DNA of 64,000 bases from Anaerolineaceae bacterium (GTDB lineage: Bacteria > Chloroflexota > Anaerolineae > Anaerolineales > Anaerolineaceae), in contig DATKLX010000229.1 of the NCBI GenBank assembly GCA_035542155.1, forward strand, positions 442-64,441, given 5' to 3'. Under the pieces are notes generated by a model. The model was given only the letters and a program-made list of their open reading frames with translations. It ran no database searches and was not told where the DNA came from. Numbering within the stretch: position 1 is the first letter of the stretch; each line of letters begins with the position of its first letter. The position numbers were made by a program, and so were the translations under genes. Shown here one piece after another: positions 28,131 through 37,801 of this stretch.

Positions 28131-28177
28131 TCACAGGAGGGAGGCGCGGTCGTGGACCGCGCCTCCCTCCTGTGATG
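28131..28177. terminator. 22-bp perfect GC-rich hairpin between convergent genes (putative bidirectional terminator, no U-tract)
   Basis: ATCACAGGAGGGAGGCGCGGTC - GTG - GACCGCGCCTCCCTCCTGTGAT. Confidence 0.4.
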
Positions 28178-28189
28178 CCCTGCTGCGAG

Positions 28190-30715
28190 TTAGTTCGGGC
28201 TCACTTTTTCTTTCTCCTTCTCTTCTTTCTCTTTCTCGACCTTTTTATCTGCGGATTTTCGCTGGCGCAGGTGACGTTTTTCCTCGACAAACGGTGCAGG
28301 ATAGAGCGCCACCTCAATGACCTGGTCCATATGGTTGACCGGGATGATCTTCAGATCGGTGCGGACTTTCTTGGGGACATCGACCAGATCCTTCAAGTTG
28401 CGCTCAGGCAGGATGACCCGCTTTAAACCCGCGCGGTGGGCGGAAAGAACCTTTTCACGCACCCCACCGATGGGCAGCACGCGCCCGCGGAGGGTAATTT
28501 CACCGGTCATGCCCACATCTTTATACACCTTTCGGTCGGTGAAGGCGGAGATCAGTGCGGTGGCCATGGTGATGCCGGCGCTTGGCCCGTCTTTGGGGAT
28601 GGCTCCCTCAGGAACGTGAATGTGAACGTCCAATCGTTCAAAGCTTTCACTCTGGATACCCAACTGGTCTGCCCGCGATTTCAGGTAGGAAAGCGCGGCC
28701 TGGGCCGATTCCTGCATGACATCGCCGATCTGTCCGGTGATTTGCAGGTTACCTTTCCCCTCGAGGATGAGCACTTCGATGGGCATGATCTCGCCGCCGT
28801 TTTCCGTCCAGGCGACCGCGGTCGCGACGCCCACTTCATCCTGCCGCTCTGCTTCAGTGTCGAAGAATTGGGGCGGGCCCAGGTATTTTTCGATCAGGTT
28901 CGGCCCCAGGCGGGTGGGATAGCGACGCTTTTCGGATTTCATGCGGGCGACCTTGCGGCACATCCGGCCAATCTCTCGCTCCAGGTTGCGCACCCCTGCT
29001 TCATAGGTATATTCCCGGATCAGGCGCTTCAAAGCGGAATCCATGATCTGAATTTCTGCGTCAGCCAAACCACTTTCTTCGATCTGGCGTGGGATGAGAA
29101 AGCGATGAGCGATCTCAACTTTTTCTTCCTCGATATACCCGGGGAACTCAATTACCTCCATGCGATCGAGAAGAGCGGCGGGAATCGTCCCCAGGGCATT
29201 GGCCGTGGTGATGAACATTACCCTGGATAAATCGTAGGCCAGCTCCAGGTAATGGTCCGAAAAAGCAAAGTTTTGTTCGGGGTCCAGCACCTCGAGCAAG
29301 GCAGCCGCGGGATCGCCGCGAAAATCGACGCCCAGCTTATCGATCTCATCGAGCATGAACAGTGGATTCACGGTACCCGCCCGTTTCATGGTCTGCAGGA
29401 TGCGCCCCGGCATGGCGCCGATATAGGTCCGGCGATGCCCGCGAATCTCAGCTTCATCGCGCACTCCTCCCAGGGAGAGGCGCACGAACTTGCGCCCCAG
29501 CGCTTCGGCGATCGAGCGACCGAGGGAGGTCTTGCCCGTTCCCGGCGGGCCGACAAAACAGAGGATCGGCTGGCGCGACTTCTTGGGATTGAGACTGCGC
29601 ACTGCGATATATTCCAGGATGCGGTCCTTTGCGCGACCCAGGCCATAATGGTACTGATCGAGGATGCAGGCCGCGTGGCGGACGTCAAGGTTATCCGGCG
29701 TGGAGAGCTCCCAGGGGAGCTCGAGGATCCAGTCCAGGTAGGTACGGATGATGCCGACCTCTGGAGCCAGCGGAGGCATCTGGGCCAGGCGCTCGATTTC
29801 TTTCATCGCCGCTGAGCGCGCCTCGACCGGCAGAGCGGTCTGTTCCACTTTGGCGCGCAGTTCGGTGATCTCCCGGCCCCAGATATCGCCCTCCCCCAGC
29901 TCGGTCTGGATGGCCTTCATCTGCTCGCGCAGATAGAATTCCCGCTGGCTGCGATCTACCTCGCTTTGGACACGGGTCTGGATCTCATCTTCGAGCTGGA
30001 GTACGTCCAGCTCCTGGGCAAGAAGCCAGTTCACCCGCTTGAGCCGGTCCTGAGGATCGGCGGTAAGCAGCAAAGCCTGGCGCTCTTTGAAGGGCAGCGA
30101 GATCGCCGTGGCGATCATATCCGCCAGCCACCCCGGCTCGCTGATATTGATGGAAAACAGGTGAGCTTCGTCCGGAAGACTGCGATCCAACTGGACACAG
30201 CGCTCGAAGAGATCGCGCGCGGTCCGCATCAGGGCATCCGTCTGGCGGTCCACATCCGGGGATTCCTCGATCGGGCGAGCGCGGATAATATAGAAGGGTT
30301 CGCGCTGGATAAAATCGACCACTTCGACCCGGCGTCGGCCCTGGACCAGGGCGGAGCTGTTGCCATCCGGCATGCTCAGCAAACGACCGACCGCCATTTC
30401 CACACCCACCGGGAGATAATCATCTGGTTGGGGATCATCGATGTCTGGATCCCGCTGGGTCAGAGCGATCACCGTCGTGCCGGCATCCTGGGCTTCCTGA
30501 ATCGCGAGCAGGGTAGGGCCAGGGGTGATAAATATCGGCGATACCATGCGGGGAAAGACAACCAGATCGCGCATGGTTAAAACTGCGCAGGTAATCAGGC
30601 CTTCGTCATCGGTTTCCGCATTTGGGATCCGGTACAGCTCTTCGGTACGCTGGTGCAGCGCCGCAGAAAACTCTTCGTCTTCTACCCCACGCGGGTTCCA
30701 ATCTTCACCTTTCAT
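28190..30715 (-). CDS. lon: endopeptidase La (Lon protease)
   Basis: It has Walker A GPPGTGKTS and the catalytic Ser block PKDGPSAGITMATALIS, with an N-terminal LON substrate domain. The C-terminal tail is unusually K/E-rich. Confidence 0.92.
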   Translation of the reverse strand: MKGEDWNPRGVEDEEFSAALHQRTEELYRIPNAETDDEGLITCAVLTMRDLVVFPRMVSPIFITPGPTLLAIQEAQDAGTTVIALTQRDPDIDDPQPDDYLPVGVEMAVGRLLSMPDGNSSALVQGRRRVEVVDFIQREPFYIIRARPIEESPDVDRQTDALMRTARDLFERCVQLDRSLPDEAHLFSINISEPGWLADMIATAISLPFKERQALLLTADPQDRLKRVNWLLAQELDVLQLEDEIQTRVQSEVDRSQREFYLREQMKAIQTELGEGDIWGREITELRAKVEQTALPVEARSAAMKEIERLAQMPPLAPEVGIIRTYLDWILELPWELSTPDNLDVRHAACILDQYHYGLGRAKDRILEYIAVRSLNPKKSRQPILCFVGPPGTGKTSLGRSIAEALGRKFVRLSLGGVRDEAEIRGHRRTYIGAMPGRILQTMKRAGTVNPLFMLDEIDKLGVDFRGDPAAALLEVLDPEQNFAFSDHYLELAYDLSRVMFITTANALGTIPAALLDRMEVIEFPGYIEEEKVEIAHRFLIPRQIEESGLADAEIQIMDSALKRLIREYTYEAGVRNLEREIGRMCRKVARMKSEKRRYPTRLGPNLIEKYLGPPQFFDTEAERQDEVGVATAVAWTENGGEIMPIEVLILEGKGNLQITGQIGDVMQESAQAALSYLKSRADQLGIQSESFERLDVHIHVPEGAIPKDGPSAGITMATALISAFTDRKVYKDVGMTGEITLRGRVLPIGGVREKVLSAHRAGLKRVILPERNLKDLVDVPKKVRTDLKIIPVNHMDQVIEVALYPAPFVEEKRHLRQRKSADKKVEKEKEEKEKEKVSPN

Positions 30716-32124
30716 AGGCTCTTCTCCCTCTCCAACAAGCGGACCTCAGGATGGTTCATTTGCCAGGTTTCGCGGACCGCGGCGGCGACGAACAAACTAC
30801 CCGCAGCAATTACTGCTGCCTGAGTTCCCGCAAGCTCTACAGCTTCCATCAATGCTTTTCCGAGTGGAACAACCGCCTCTGCCTTACACCCATAATGATG
30901 GGAGATTTTAACGATTTCTTCTGGATCCATCGCCCTGGGATGGATGGAGCGGGTTGCGATCACCCGGTCGACCCGGGGAAGCAGCTCGGCGAACATCCCG
31001 GAGATATCCTTATCTTCGGAAGCGCCAAAAACCAGAATGGCCGGCTCTCCCCCCAGGTAATCATCCAACGCCAGGCGAAGCTTCAAGGCGGAATCCGGGT
31101 TGTGAGCCGAATCAACGATCACCAGTGGATCTTTCTGCAGCACCTCGAAGCGACCCGGCCAGACGACGTTCGCAAATCCGCGTTGGATCGCGTCTGGAGG
31201 GATCTCGAACCCTTCCCTGCTGGCGGTGTCGATCGCCGCAAAGGCTGTGGCAGCGTTGACCGCCTGGTGATATCCCAGCAGGGGGATGGTCAGCCGCAGC
31301 GGCTGCCAGGCCGAGAGTCCGTCCGCTTCGACAAACCTGTCGACCAGGGCTTGCTGATCTGCGGGCCAGACAAAGAGGGATTGCCCATTCAGGGAGTGCT
31401 CGCGGGGGGCGTAAAAAAAATCTTTGCCGACCTGCGTCAGCCTGGACTGATTTTGGGCAGCCACTTCTTCCACGACTGCCTGCGCCTCACTTTTTTGAGG
31501 CGAGGAAACGACGGGGCGGCCTGGCTTGATAATGCCTGCCTTTTCCGCGGCGATCTTCACCAGGGTATCTCCAAGGATGCTCATATGATCCATGGATAAC
31601 GATGTAATCACCGAAAGGAGCGGCTGAACAACATTGGTGGCATCCAGCCGGCCTCCGAGGCCCACCTCAATCACGGCGACATCGACCGCCCGGCGTTGGA
31701 AGTAGAGAAATCCGAGAGCCGTCGTCAGCTCGAAGGTGGTCAGGTCAGGCACCCGGTCCACAAAGGGTTTGATCAGATTGACCAGGTGTGCAAAATCGAG
31801 ACGCGGAATACTCAATCCATCGACCTGAATCCGCTCGGTGAAATCATGCAGGTGAGGAGATGTATATAAGCCCACCCGGTAACCGGCTTCACGCAGCACG
31901 CTCGCCAGCAGGGCCGAGACAGATCCTTTCCCCTTCGTCCCGGCGACGTGGATGACCGGGTAAGCCAGATGGGGATCTCCCAGCAACGCTAAGAAAACGC
32001 GCATCCGCTCCAGGTTAAATTTTTCTGGTGAAAAACGAAACGCGCGGGTCTGGCTGTAATCGACAAACTTGTAGAGATAATCCAGCGCTTCTTGATACGC
32101 AGTTACTTCAATTACTTCAATCAT
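30712..32124 (-). CDS. folC: folylpolyglutamate synthase / dihydrofolate synthase
   Basis: It has the Mur-ligase P-loop VAGTKGKGS. I prefer the start at ATG 32124 (MIEVIEVTAYQEALDYL). It overlaps the lon start by 4 bp. Confidence 0.85.
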   Translation of the reverse strand: MIEVIEVTAYQEALDYLYKFVDYSQTRAFRFSPEKFNLERMRVFLALLGDPHLAYPVIHVAGTKGKGSVSALLASVLREAGYRVGLYTSPHLHDFTERIQVDGLSIPRLDFAHLVNLIKPFVDRVPDLTTFELTTALGFLYFQRRAVDVAVIEVGLGGRLDATNVVQPLLSVITSLSMDHMSILGDTLVKIAAEKAGIIKPGRPVVSSPQKSEAQAVVEEVAAQNQSRLTQVGKDFFYAPREHSLNGQSLFVWPADQQALVDRFVEADGLSAWQPLRLTIPLLGYHQAVNAATAFAAIDTASREGFEIPPDAIQRGFANVVWPGRFEVLQKDPLVIVDSAHNPDSALKLRLALDDYLGGEPAILVFGASEDKDISGMFAELLPRVDRVIATRSIHPRAMDPEEIVKISHHYGCKAEAVVPLGKALMEAVELAGTQAAVIAAGSLFVAAAVRETWQMNHPEVRLLEREKSL

Positions 32125-32313
32125 TATAATCGTACCAGGTCCATACAGGTAGTTGCAGAAGATTGTACCCGGCAGGGGGACTTTGTGCAAGGGCGATCCA
32201 CCAGCAGGTAAAAATGGATATTTGTCATCCGATTGATCTGACCATTGTTGATTGACGGTTTCGGGCGCATCGGGTACAGTAAGGTGACTTTTCATTCTGC
32301 TTCACTTTGGACA

Positions 32314-32598
32314 ATGCCCGTAGGCCTCCTGACTCTTCACCTGCATCTCCCCGGCTGCACCTCCTTGAAAGAAAAACGCAGCCGGATCAAACCCATCCTG
32401 GCCCGGCTTCACCGCGAATTTAACATCTCCACTGCCGAGATCGACCGGCAGGATGCCTGGCAGGAGGCGGTCATTGCCTGCGCGCTGGTCAGCAATGACG
32501 CAGTCCACATTCGCCGATCCCTCCAAGAGGTGGTAAAGTACTTCGAGAAAAATTGGCCGGACGAGCCGCTGGTGAATGATACGATCGAAATGCTGTAA
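32314..32598 (+). CDS. DUF503 (YlxP-like) protein
   Basis: The product begins MPVGLLTLHLHLPGCTSLKEKRSRIKP..., typical of DUF503. Confidence 0.7.
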   Translation: MPVGLLTLHLHLPGCTSLKEKRSRIKPILARLHREFNISTAEIDRQDAWQEAVIACALVSNDAVHIRRSLQEVVKYFEKNWPDEPLVNDTIEML

Positions 32599-32624
32599 AG
32601 ATACGCAGGAAACAGGAGACTTCG

Positions 32625-34544
32625 TTGCTAACCCCCCAGGAAATTCAAAACCGCCTCGAGCGGATTTTACTCAGTGTCCAGAAACCGGGCCGCTACGTCG
32701 GCGGTGAATACAACCAGGTTGTCAAAGATTGGGAACAAATTCAAACCAGGGTGGCGCTGATCTTTCCCGACATCTACGATATCGGCCTGCCAAACCTGGG
32801 GTTGGCGATTCTGTACGACCTGCTTAACCAGCGCCCCGACGTCCTGGCGGAGCGCGCCTATAGCCCCTGGCTGGACATGGAAGTAGCTATGCGCAGCGCC
32901 GGGATCCCACTGTACAGCCTGGAGACCAGACACCCCCTGGCGGCGTTCGATATCCTCGGGTTTTCCCTGCCCTACGAGACCTTGTATACCAACGTGCTCA
33001 ACGCACTCGACCTCAGCCAGATTCCCCTGTATGCCTCCGAGCGCACGGGAAAAAACCCGCTGGTGATCGCCGGCGGCCATGCCACATTTAACCCTGAGCC
33101 GATGCACGCGTTTATCGATGCATTCGTGATCGGGGAGGGAGAAGAAGCGATCCTGGATATCGTCCGCGCGCAGCAGGCCTGGAAATCAGCGGGTGAGACG
33201 CGAGCGGACCTGCTCCAGGCCCTGGCGAAAATCCCCGGGGTGTACGTTCCATCCCTGTACCGCGTCTCCTACCAGGAGGACGGGCGGTTGGAAAAAATCG
33301 AAGCCCGAGAAGGCGCTCCCACCCGGATTACCAAGCGGATCGTGGCCAGGCTGCCCAAGCCTACCACCCGCTTTCTGGTCCCTTCGGTGGACGTGGTTCA
33401 CAACCGGGTCGCCGTCGAAATCATGCGCGGCTGCACTCGCGGGTGCCGCTTCTGCCACGCCGGGATGATCAATCGGCCGGTGCGGGAGAGGCCAATCGAG
33501 GAGATCACCGCCGCTCTCGAAGAAGCTTTGAGCTATACCGGCTTCGAGGAGATCGCCCTGTTATCCCTATCTTCCTCTGACTACACGCATATCCTCGACC
33601 TGGTCGATCAGCTAAGCCGCCGCTTTGCCAGCCGCCACGTCCACATCACCCTGCCCTCTTTGCGGATTGAATCCTTCTCCGTTGAGTTGATGGACCGGCT
33701 GAAAGACTCCCGCGCATCGGGAGGCTTTACCCTGGCTCCCGAGGCAGCCACCGAGCGCATGCGCCGCATCATCAATAAACCAGTCGCGACCGAACAGCTC
33801 CTGGAAACCGCGCGCGCCATCTACGATCACGGCTGGACGAGCATCAAGCTGTATTTCATGATCGGCCACCCATCCGAAACGATCGAAGACGTCCAGGCCA
33901 TCGTGGGCCTGTGCAAGGCAGTCCTGGCGGAAGGCCGACGCAGGATCGGCGGCAAGGCCAGAGTCCATGCAGGGGTGAGCACCTTCGTCCCCAAGCCGCA
34001 TACGCCCTTCCAGTGGGTCCCCTGCGACACAGCAGATCAGATCCGCGCCAAGCAAGATCTGCTCAAGCGAGAGCTGCGCAACCCGGGCATCAAGCTGACC
34101 TGGACGGAACCGGAGGACACATTCCTCGAATCCTGGCTTTCCCGCGGAGACCGGAGACTCGCGGAGGTTATTTACACGGCCTGGAAGCTGGGGGCGAAAT
34201 TCGACGCCTGGCAAGACCAGTACCGCTATCCACTCTGGGTCGAGGCGTTCCAGAGCGCCAGCCTGGACCCCGATTTCTACAGCCACCGCCAACGGGATCT
34301 CGATGAGGTCCTGCCCTGGGCGCACATCAGCGCCGCCGTACGCCCGGCGCATCTGAAGGAAGAGTACCGCTGGAGCCTGGAAGGCAGACTGCGGGACGAT
34401 TGCCGTGAGCAGTGCTATGCCTGTGGAATTCTGCCACAGTTCGCAGCGCTACGCACGCAGAACCCCGGTCCAGCCTGGAAATGCCCGGAAGTCAAACCCA
34501 AGGACCAGAGCGCGCGAAAGCCTCGAATGTTAGTCCCCAATTGA
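32625..34544 (+). CDS. B12-binding-domain radical SAM protein (TIGR03960-like)
   Basis: The N-terminus reads ILLSVQKPGRYVGGE. The radical SAM cluster reads EIMRGCTRGCRFCHAG. It has a TTG start and encodes 639 aa. Confidence 0.8.
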   Translation: MLTPQEIQNRLERILLSVQKPGRYVGGEYNQVVKDWEQIQTRVALIFPDIYDIGLPNLGLAILYDLLNQRPDVLAERAYSPWLDMEVAMRSAGIPLYSLETRHPLAAFDILGFSLPYETLYTNVLNALDLSQIPLYASERTGKNPLVIAGGHATFNPEPMHAFIDAFVIGEGEEAILDIVRAQQAWKSAGETRADLLQALAKIPGVYVPSLYRVSYQEDGRLEKIEAREGAPTRITKRIVARLPKPTTRFLVPSVDVVHNRVAVEIMRGCTRGCRFCHAGMINRPVRERPIEEITAALEEALSYTGFEEIALLSLSSSDYTHILDLVDQLSRRFASRHVHITLPSLRIESFSVELMDRLKDSRASGGFTLAPEAATERMRRIINKPVATEQLLETARAIYDHGWTSIKLYFMIGHPSETIEDVQAIVGLCKAVLAEGRRRIGGKARVHAGVSTFVPKPHTPFQWVPCDTADQIRAKQDLLKRELRNPGIKLTWTEPEDTFLESWLSRGDRRLAEVIYTAWKLGAKFDAWQDQYRYPLWVEAFQSASLDPDFYSHRQRDLDEVLPWAHISAAVRPAHLKEEYRWSLEGRLRDDCREQCYACGILPQFAALRTQNPGPAWKCPEVKPKDQSARKPRMLVPN

Positions 34545-34565
34545 CAAGCCTAAGGAGCTTTATCA

Positions 34566-35231
34566 TTGGAGAACCCGGATTCCACATACCGTTACCGCAT
34601 CTACTACAAAAAAGGGGAAGCGATCCGCTATATCGGCCATCTCGACCTGCACCGCGCCTGGGAGCGCAGCCTGCGGCGAGCCGGACTGCCGATGACCTTC
34701 AGCCAGGGTTACCATCCTCAGCCGCGTATGCAGCAGGCCTGCGCCCTTCCGCTGGGTTTTACCAGCCTGGGCGAGGTGATAGACGTCTGGCTGGTGAATG
34801 AATACTCGCCGGCAGAGATCCAGCAGGCCCTCAACCGCGCCGTCCCGCCTGGGCTGGAGATCACCGCCATCGAAATGGTAGATCTCAAATCCCCGCCGCT
34901 GCAAACCCGGGTCAGGTCGAGCCGCTACCTGGCAACCCTCCTGGATCCGGCGAAGGGAGACGAGGTAATAGCCCGCGTCACGGATCTGCTCAATTCGACC
35001 AGTCTTCCCCGCGAGCGGAGAGGCAAATCCTACGATTTACGGCCCTTGATCGAGGCATTATCCGCGGATGACTGCGTCGAGCAGCCGGGTAAGGTTCGAA
35101 TCCATATGCTGCTTTCAGCGCGAGAAGGGGCTACCGGCCGGCCGGAAGAGGTCCTTGAAAGCCTGGGGCTGGATCCGTTGGGAGCGCAGATCCAGCGGGT
35201 CGAGCTGGTTTTCGCCGATCCCCGAGGATAG
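34566..35231 (+). CDS. radical-SAM-associated protein (TIGR03936/DUF2344-like)
   Basis: The product YRIYYKKGEAIRYIGHLDLHRAWERSLRRAGLPMTFSQGYHPQP resembles the family that is adjacent or fused to TIGR03960. It has a TTG start. Confidence 0.7.
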   Translation: MENPDSTYRYRIYYKKGEAIRYIGHLDLHRAWERSLRRAGLPMTFSQGYHPQPRMQQACALPLGFTSLGEVIDVWLVNEYSPAEIQQALNRAVPPGLEITAIEMVDLKSPPLQTRVRSSRYLATLLDPAKGDEVIARVTDLLNSTSLPRERRGKSYDLRPLIEALSADDCVEQPGKVRIHMLLSAREGATGRPEEVLESLGLDPLGAQIQRVELVFADPRG

Positions 35232-35277
35232 CGCTATCCATTTCCGTGGTAAAATAGGGTTGCTCTTTCGGGAACCC

Positions 35278-35349
35278 GTCCCTGTAGCTCAGTGGATAGA
35301 GCGTCGGCCTCCGGAGCCGAAAGCGGGAGTTCGAGCCTCCCCAGGGACG
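35278..35349 (+). tRNA. tRNA-Arg (anticodon CCG)
   Basis: The sequence folds by hand into a cloverleaf: acceptor GTCCCTG/CAGGGAC, D-arm GCTC-AGTGGATA-GAGC, anticodon arm TCGGC-CTCCGGA-GCCGA, T-arm GGGAG-TTCGAGC-CTCCC. CCA is not encoded. Confidence 0.9.
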
Positions 35350-35762
35350 CCTGAAACCTGGCCTATTACCCGGGTACAATTACCGTCCGCCGATCAGCGC
35401 CGCAATTCATGGCGCTGATTGGCGTTAACCCCAGATTATCTGGGTACAAATATTTGCGGAAAGGATTAATATTCACTATAATAGATAAAAATAGATCGAA
35501 TTCACCTGGCAAGCTGGGTGAGAGAATGACCCTCGTACCGATGCTCGTCGGGCGATACAAGTGAGGTCAAAGCTTGTATCGCTGATTGTTATATTTATAA
35601 AAATCTTACAGAAAATAAATTAATTGTATACCTGTGTGGTGTAGGATTTAATCGAAAGAAGACTATTAAAGTCAGGTGGCACTTGACTAAACGAATTGCT
35701 TCTGTTTTTCTTTAAGAGAAATCAAGCCTTATCGTTGGGGTGGTCAGGAGACGGTTCTTACA

Positions 35763-36857
35763 ATGAACGCAAATATACGCTTGGGCCGGATTGGCGGTGT
35801 ACCAGTTGGCCTGCATTGGAGCTGGTTTATCGTTTTCTTTTTAGTGACTGGCTCTCTCTCGATGGGATATTTCGTCATCGAGGATACGCTGCTTAATCCG
35901 ACCTTAAATTGGGTGCTGGGCATTTCGACCAGCCTGTTGTTCTTCTTGTCTGTATTGATCCACGAATTGGGCCATGCAGTAGTTGCGATCCGCGCCGGTA
36001 TTCCTGTCCGCAATATCGTATTATTCATTTTTGGCGGGATGGCTACCATCACCGAAGAACCAAGTTCGGCCAGGACCGAATTCAAGATCGCGATCGCCGG
36101 TCCATTGGCCAGCCTTCTTCTTGCGGTATTCTTTGGGTTGATCAGCCTGATCTTCGCGGATATCCCCTTTTTGGGGATCTCGGCGAAATGGCTGGGATTA
36201 GTAAATCTGGCTCTGGCCGGTTTCAACATGCTCCCCGGGTTTCCACTCGACGGCGGTAGGGTTTTCCGCGCGATCCTTTGGGCAATCACCAAAAATTTCC
36301 AACAGGCCACGCGGGTCGCTTCGATCAGTGGACAGATCGTAGCCTTTGGTTTTATCGGTTTCGGAATATTCACGCTGTTTGGCGGGAACCTGGTCAACGG
36401 GCTATGGCTGGCCTTTATTGGCTGGTTCCTCCAGAACGCCGCACTTGCTTCGCGCCAGCATACCGACCAGCAGCATGTCCTGGATACGTTCAAGGTATCC
36501 CAGGTGATGTCGCATGACCTGGAGAGCGTTCCGGGGAAGCTTTCGATCACGAAACTGGTCGAGGAAAAATTTTTACCCAGCGGGAAGCACCTCTTTCTGA
36601 TTGCCGAAAACGGCCAGCCGAAAGGAATGATATCCCTCCACGAGGTCACGGTGATCCCCAGGATGGAGTGGGATACCACCGCCATCGAACAGGTGATGAC
36701 CCCCTGGGACAAACTGGTTCAGGTGCAGGCAGATATGGCGTTGGGTCTGGCGATCGATGCGATGGATTTTGCAAAAGCCAGCCTGGCCCCGGTTGTGGAG
36801 GAAGGGCAAATCGCTGGCCTCCTCTCAAGGGAGCAAATTGCCCGCTATGTCAGATAG
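35763..36857 (+). CDS. site-2 protease family (M50) zinc metalloprotease with C-terminal CBS pair
   Basis: The HELGHA zinc motif lies in a TM segment, LPGFPLDGGR is present, and the C-terminus has CBS-like repeats. Confidence 0.85.
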   Translation: MNANIRLGRIGGVPVGLHWSWFIVFFLVTGSLSMGYFVIEDTLLNPTLNWVLGISTSLLFFLSVLIHELGHAVVAIRAGIPVRNIVLFIFGGMATITEEPSSARTEFKIAIAGPLASLLLAVFFGLISLIFADIPFLGISAKWLGLVNLALAGFNMLPGFPLDGGRVFRAILWAITKNFQQATRVASISGQIVAFGFIGFGIFTLFGGNLVNGLWLAFIGWFLQNAALASRQHTDQQHVLDTFKVSQVMSHDLESVPGKLSITKLVEEKFLPSGKHLFLIAENGQPKGMISLHEVTVIPRMEWDTTAIEQVMTPWDKLVQVQADMALGLAIDAMDFAKASLAPVVEEGQIAGLLSREQIARYVR

Positions 36858-36979
36858 CATAACAAAATTTGCAAGAAATTCTGGCGGTCCGCGGACCTGT
36901 GAACCGCTTTTAGAACATCGAGAAGATATTATAATCATAGCAATTCACTCAATGGGTGAATTGCATAGGAGTTAAAAAA

Positions 36980-37690
36980 ATGTATCCTTTCTTTTTCCCT
37001 GGGTACGGACTGTATATTCTTTTCAGCCTGCCCGCACTGTTGCTAGGCTTTTGGGCGCAGATCAAAGTCCAATCAGCCTTTCAAAAATTTTCCCGGGTAC
37101 GCAGCTATACCGGCCTGACCGGCGCGGAAGTCGCCGCGCGTATGCTGAACAATACCGGTTTGAACGACGTCCACGTCGAGGAAACAGGTGGTTTTCTCTC
37201 GGATAATTACGATCCCAGATCGCGCGTTCTGCGCCTGAGCCCGGATGTGTACCGTGGAAACAGCCTGGCAGCGGCGGGTGTCGCCGCGCACGAGGCAGGG
37301 CACGCGCTGCAGCACAAGGAAGGCTATGCCTTTCTGAGCGCGCGAAGCGCAATGGTGCCAGCGGTCCAGGTGGGAAGCTGGCTGGGTCCAGTGATTTTCT
37401 TCGTCGGCCTTTTCCTGTCTGGGCAAACCGGTTATATGGTGAGCTGGATTGGAGTAATCCTGTTCGCTGCAGTCGCCCTGTTCGCGCTGATCACCCTGCC
37501 GGTTGAGTTCGACGCCAGCCGGAAAGCCAAAGCCTGGCTGTCGACCTCGGGCGTGCTCTACCAGCAGGAAATGGGCGGCGTGAACGCTGTCCTCGACGCA
37601 GCCGCATTGACCTACGTGGCCGCCGCGGTCCAGGCGATTTCCACACTCCTGTATTATGGCTTCCTGCTGATGGGCAGAAGGCGGAATTAG
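36980..37690 (+). CDS. YugP-like putative neutral zinc metallopeptidase (membrane)
   Basis: The HEAGHALQH motif is present and TM helices flank the domain. I prefer ATG 36980. Confidence 0.8.
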   Translation: MYPFFFPGYGLYILFSLPALLLGFWAQIKVQSAFQKFSRVRSYTGLTGAEVAARMLNNTGLNDVHVEETGGFLSDNYDPRSRVLRLSPDVYRGNSLAAAGVAAHEAGHALQHKEGYAFLSARSAMVPAVQVGSWLGPVIFFVGLFLSGQTGYMVSWIGVILFAAVALFALITLPVEFDASRKAKAWLSTSGVLYQQEMGGVNAVLDAAALTYVAAAVQAISTLLYYGFLLMGRRRN

Positions 37691-37711
37691 TCGTCAATGA
37701 AAAGTTTGCAA

Positions 37712-37745
37712 CTGACCCCCGAAGATCATTCGGGGGTCAGCTAAT
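37712..37745 (+). terminator. intrinsic terminator
   Basis: CTGACCCCCGAA-GATCA-TTCGGGGGTCAG forms a 12-bp stem. It is followed by a weak T-rich tract (CTAATTTATA). Confidence 0.55.
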
Positions 37746-37801
37746 TTATATTGGGTAGGCTCGCCGTTTCATCGTACAATCGGATTGGCTTGGATGTTTT
37801 T

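Noticed and set aside
35744-36712. A 322-aa minus-strand ORF almost completely overlaps the M50 protease gene.
   Set aside because: The plus strand encodes HELGHA, LPGFPLDGGR and a CBS pair with sensible TM topology. The antisense translation has no motif and is a shadow ORF.
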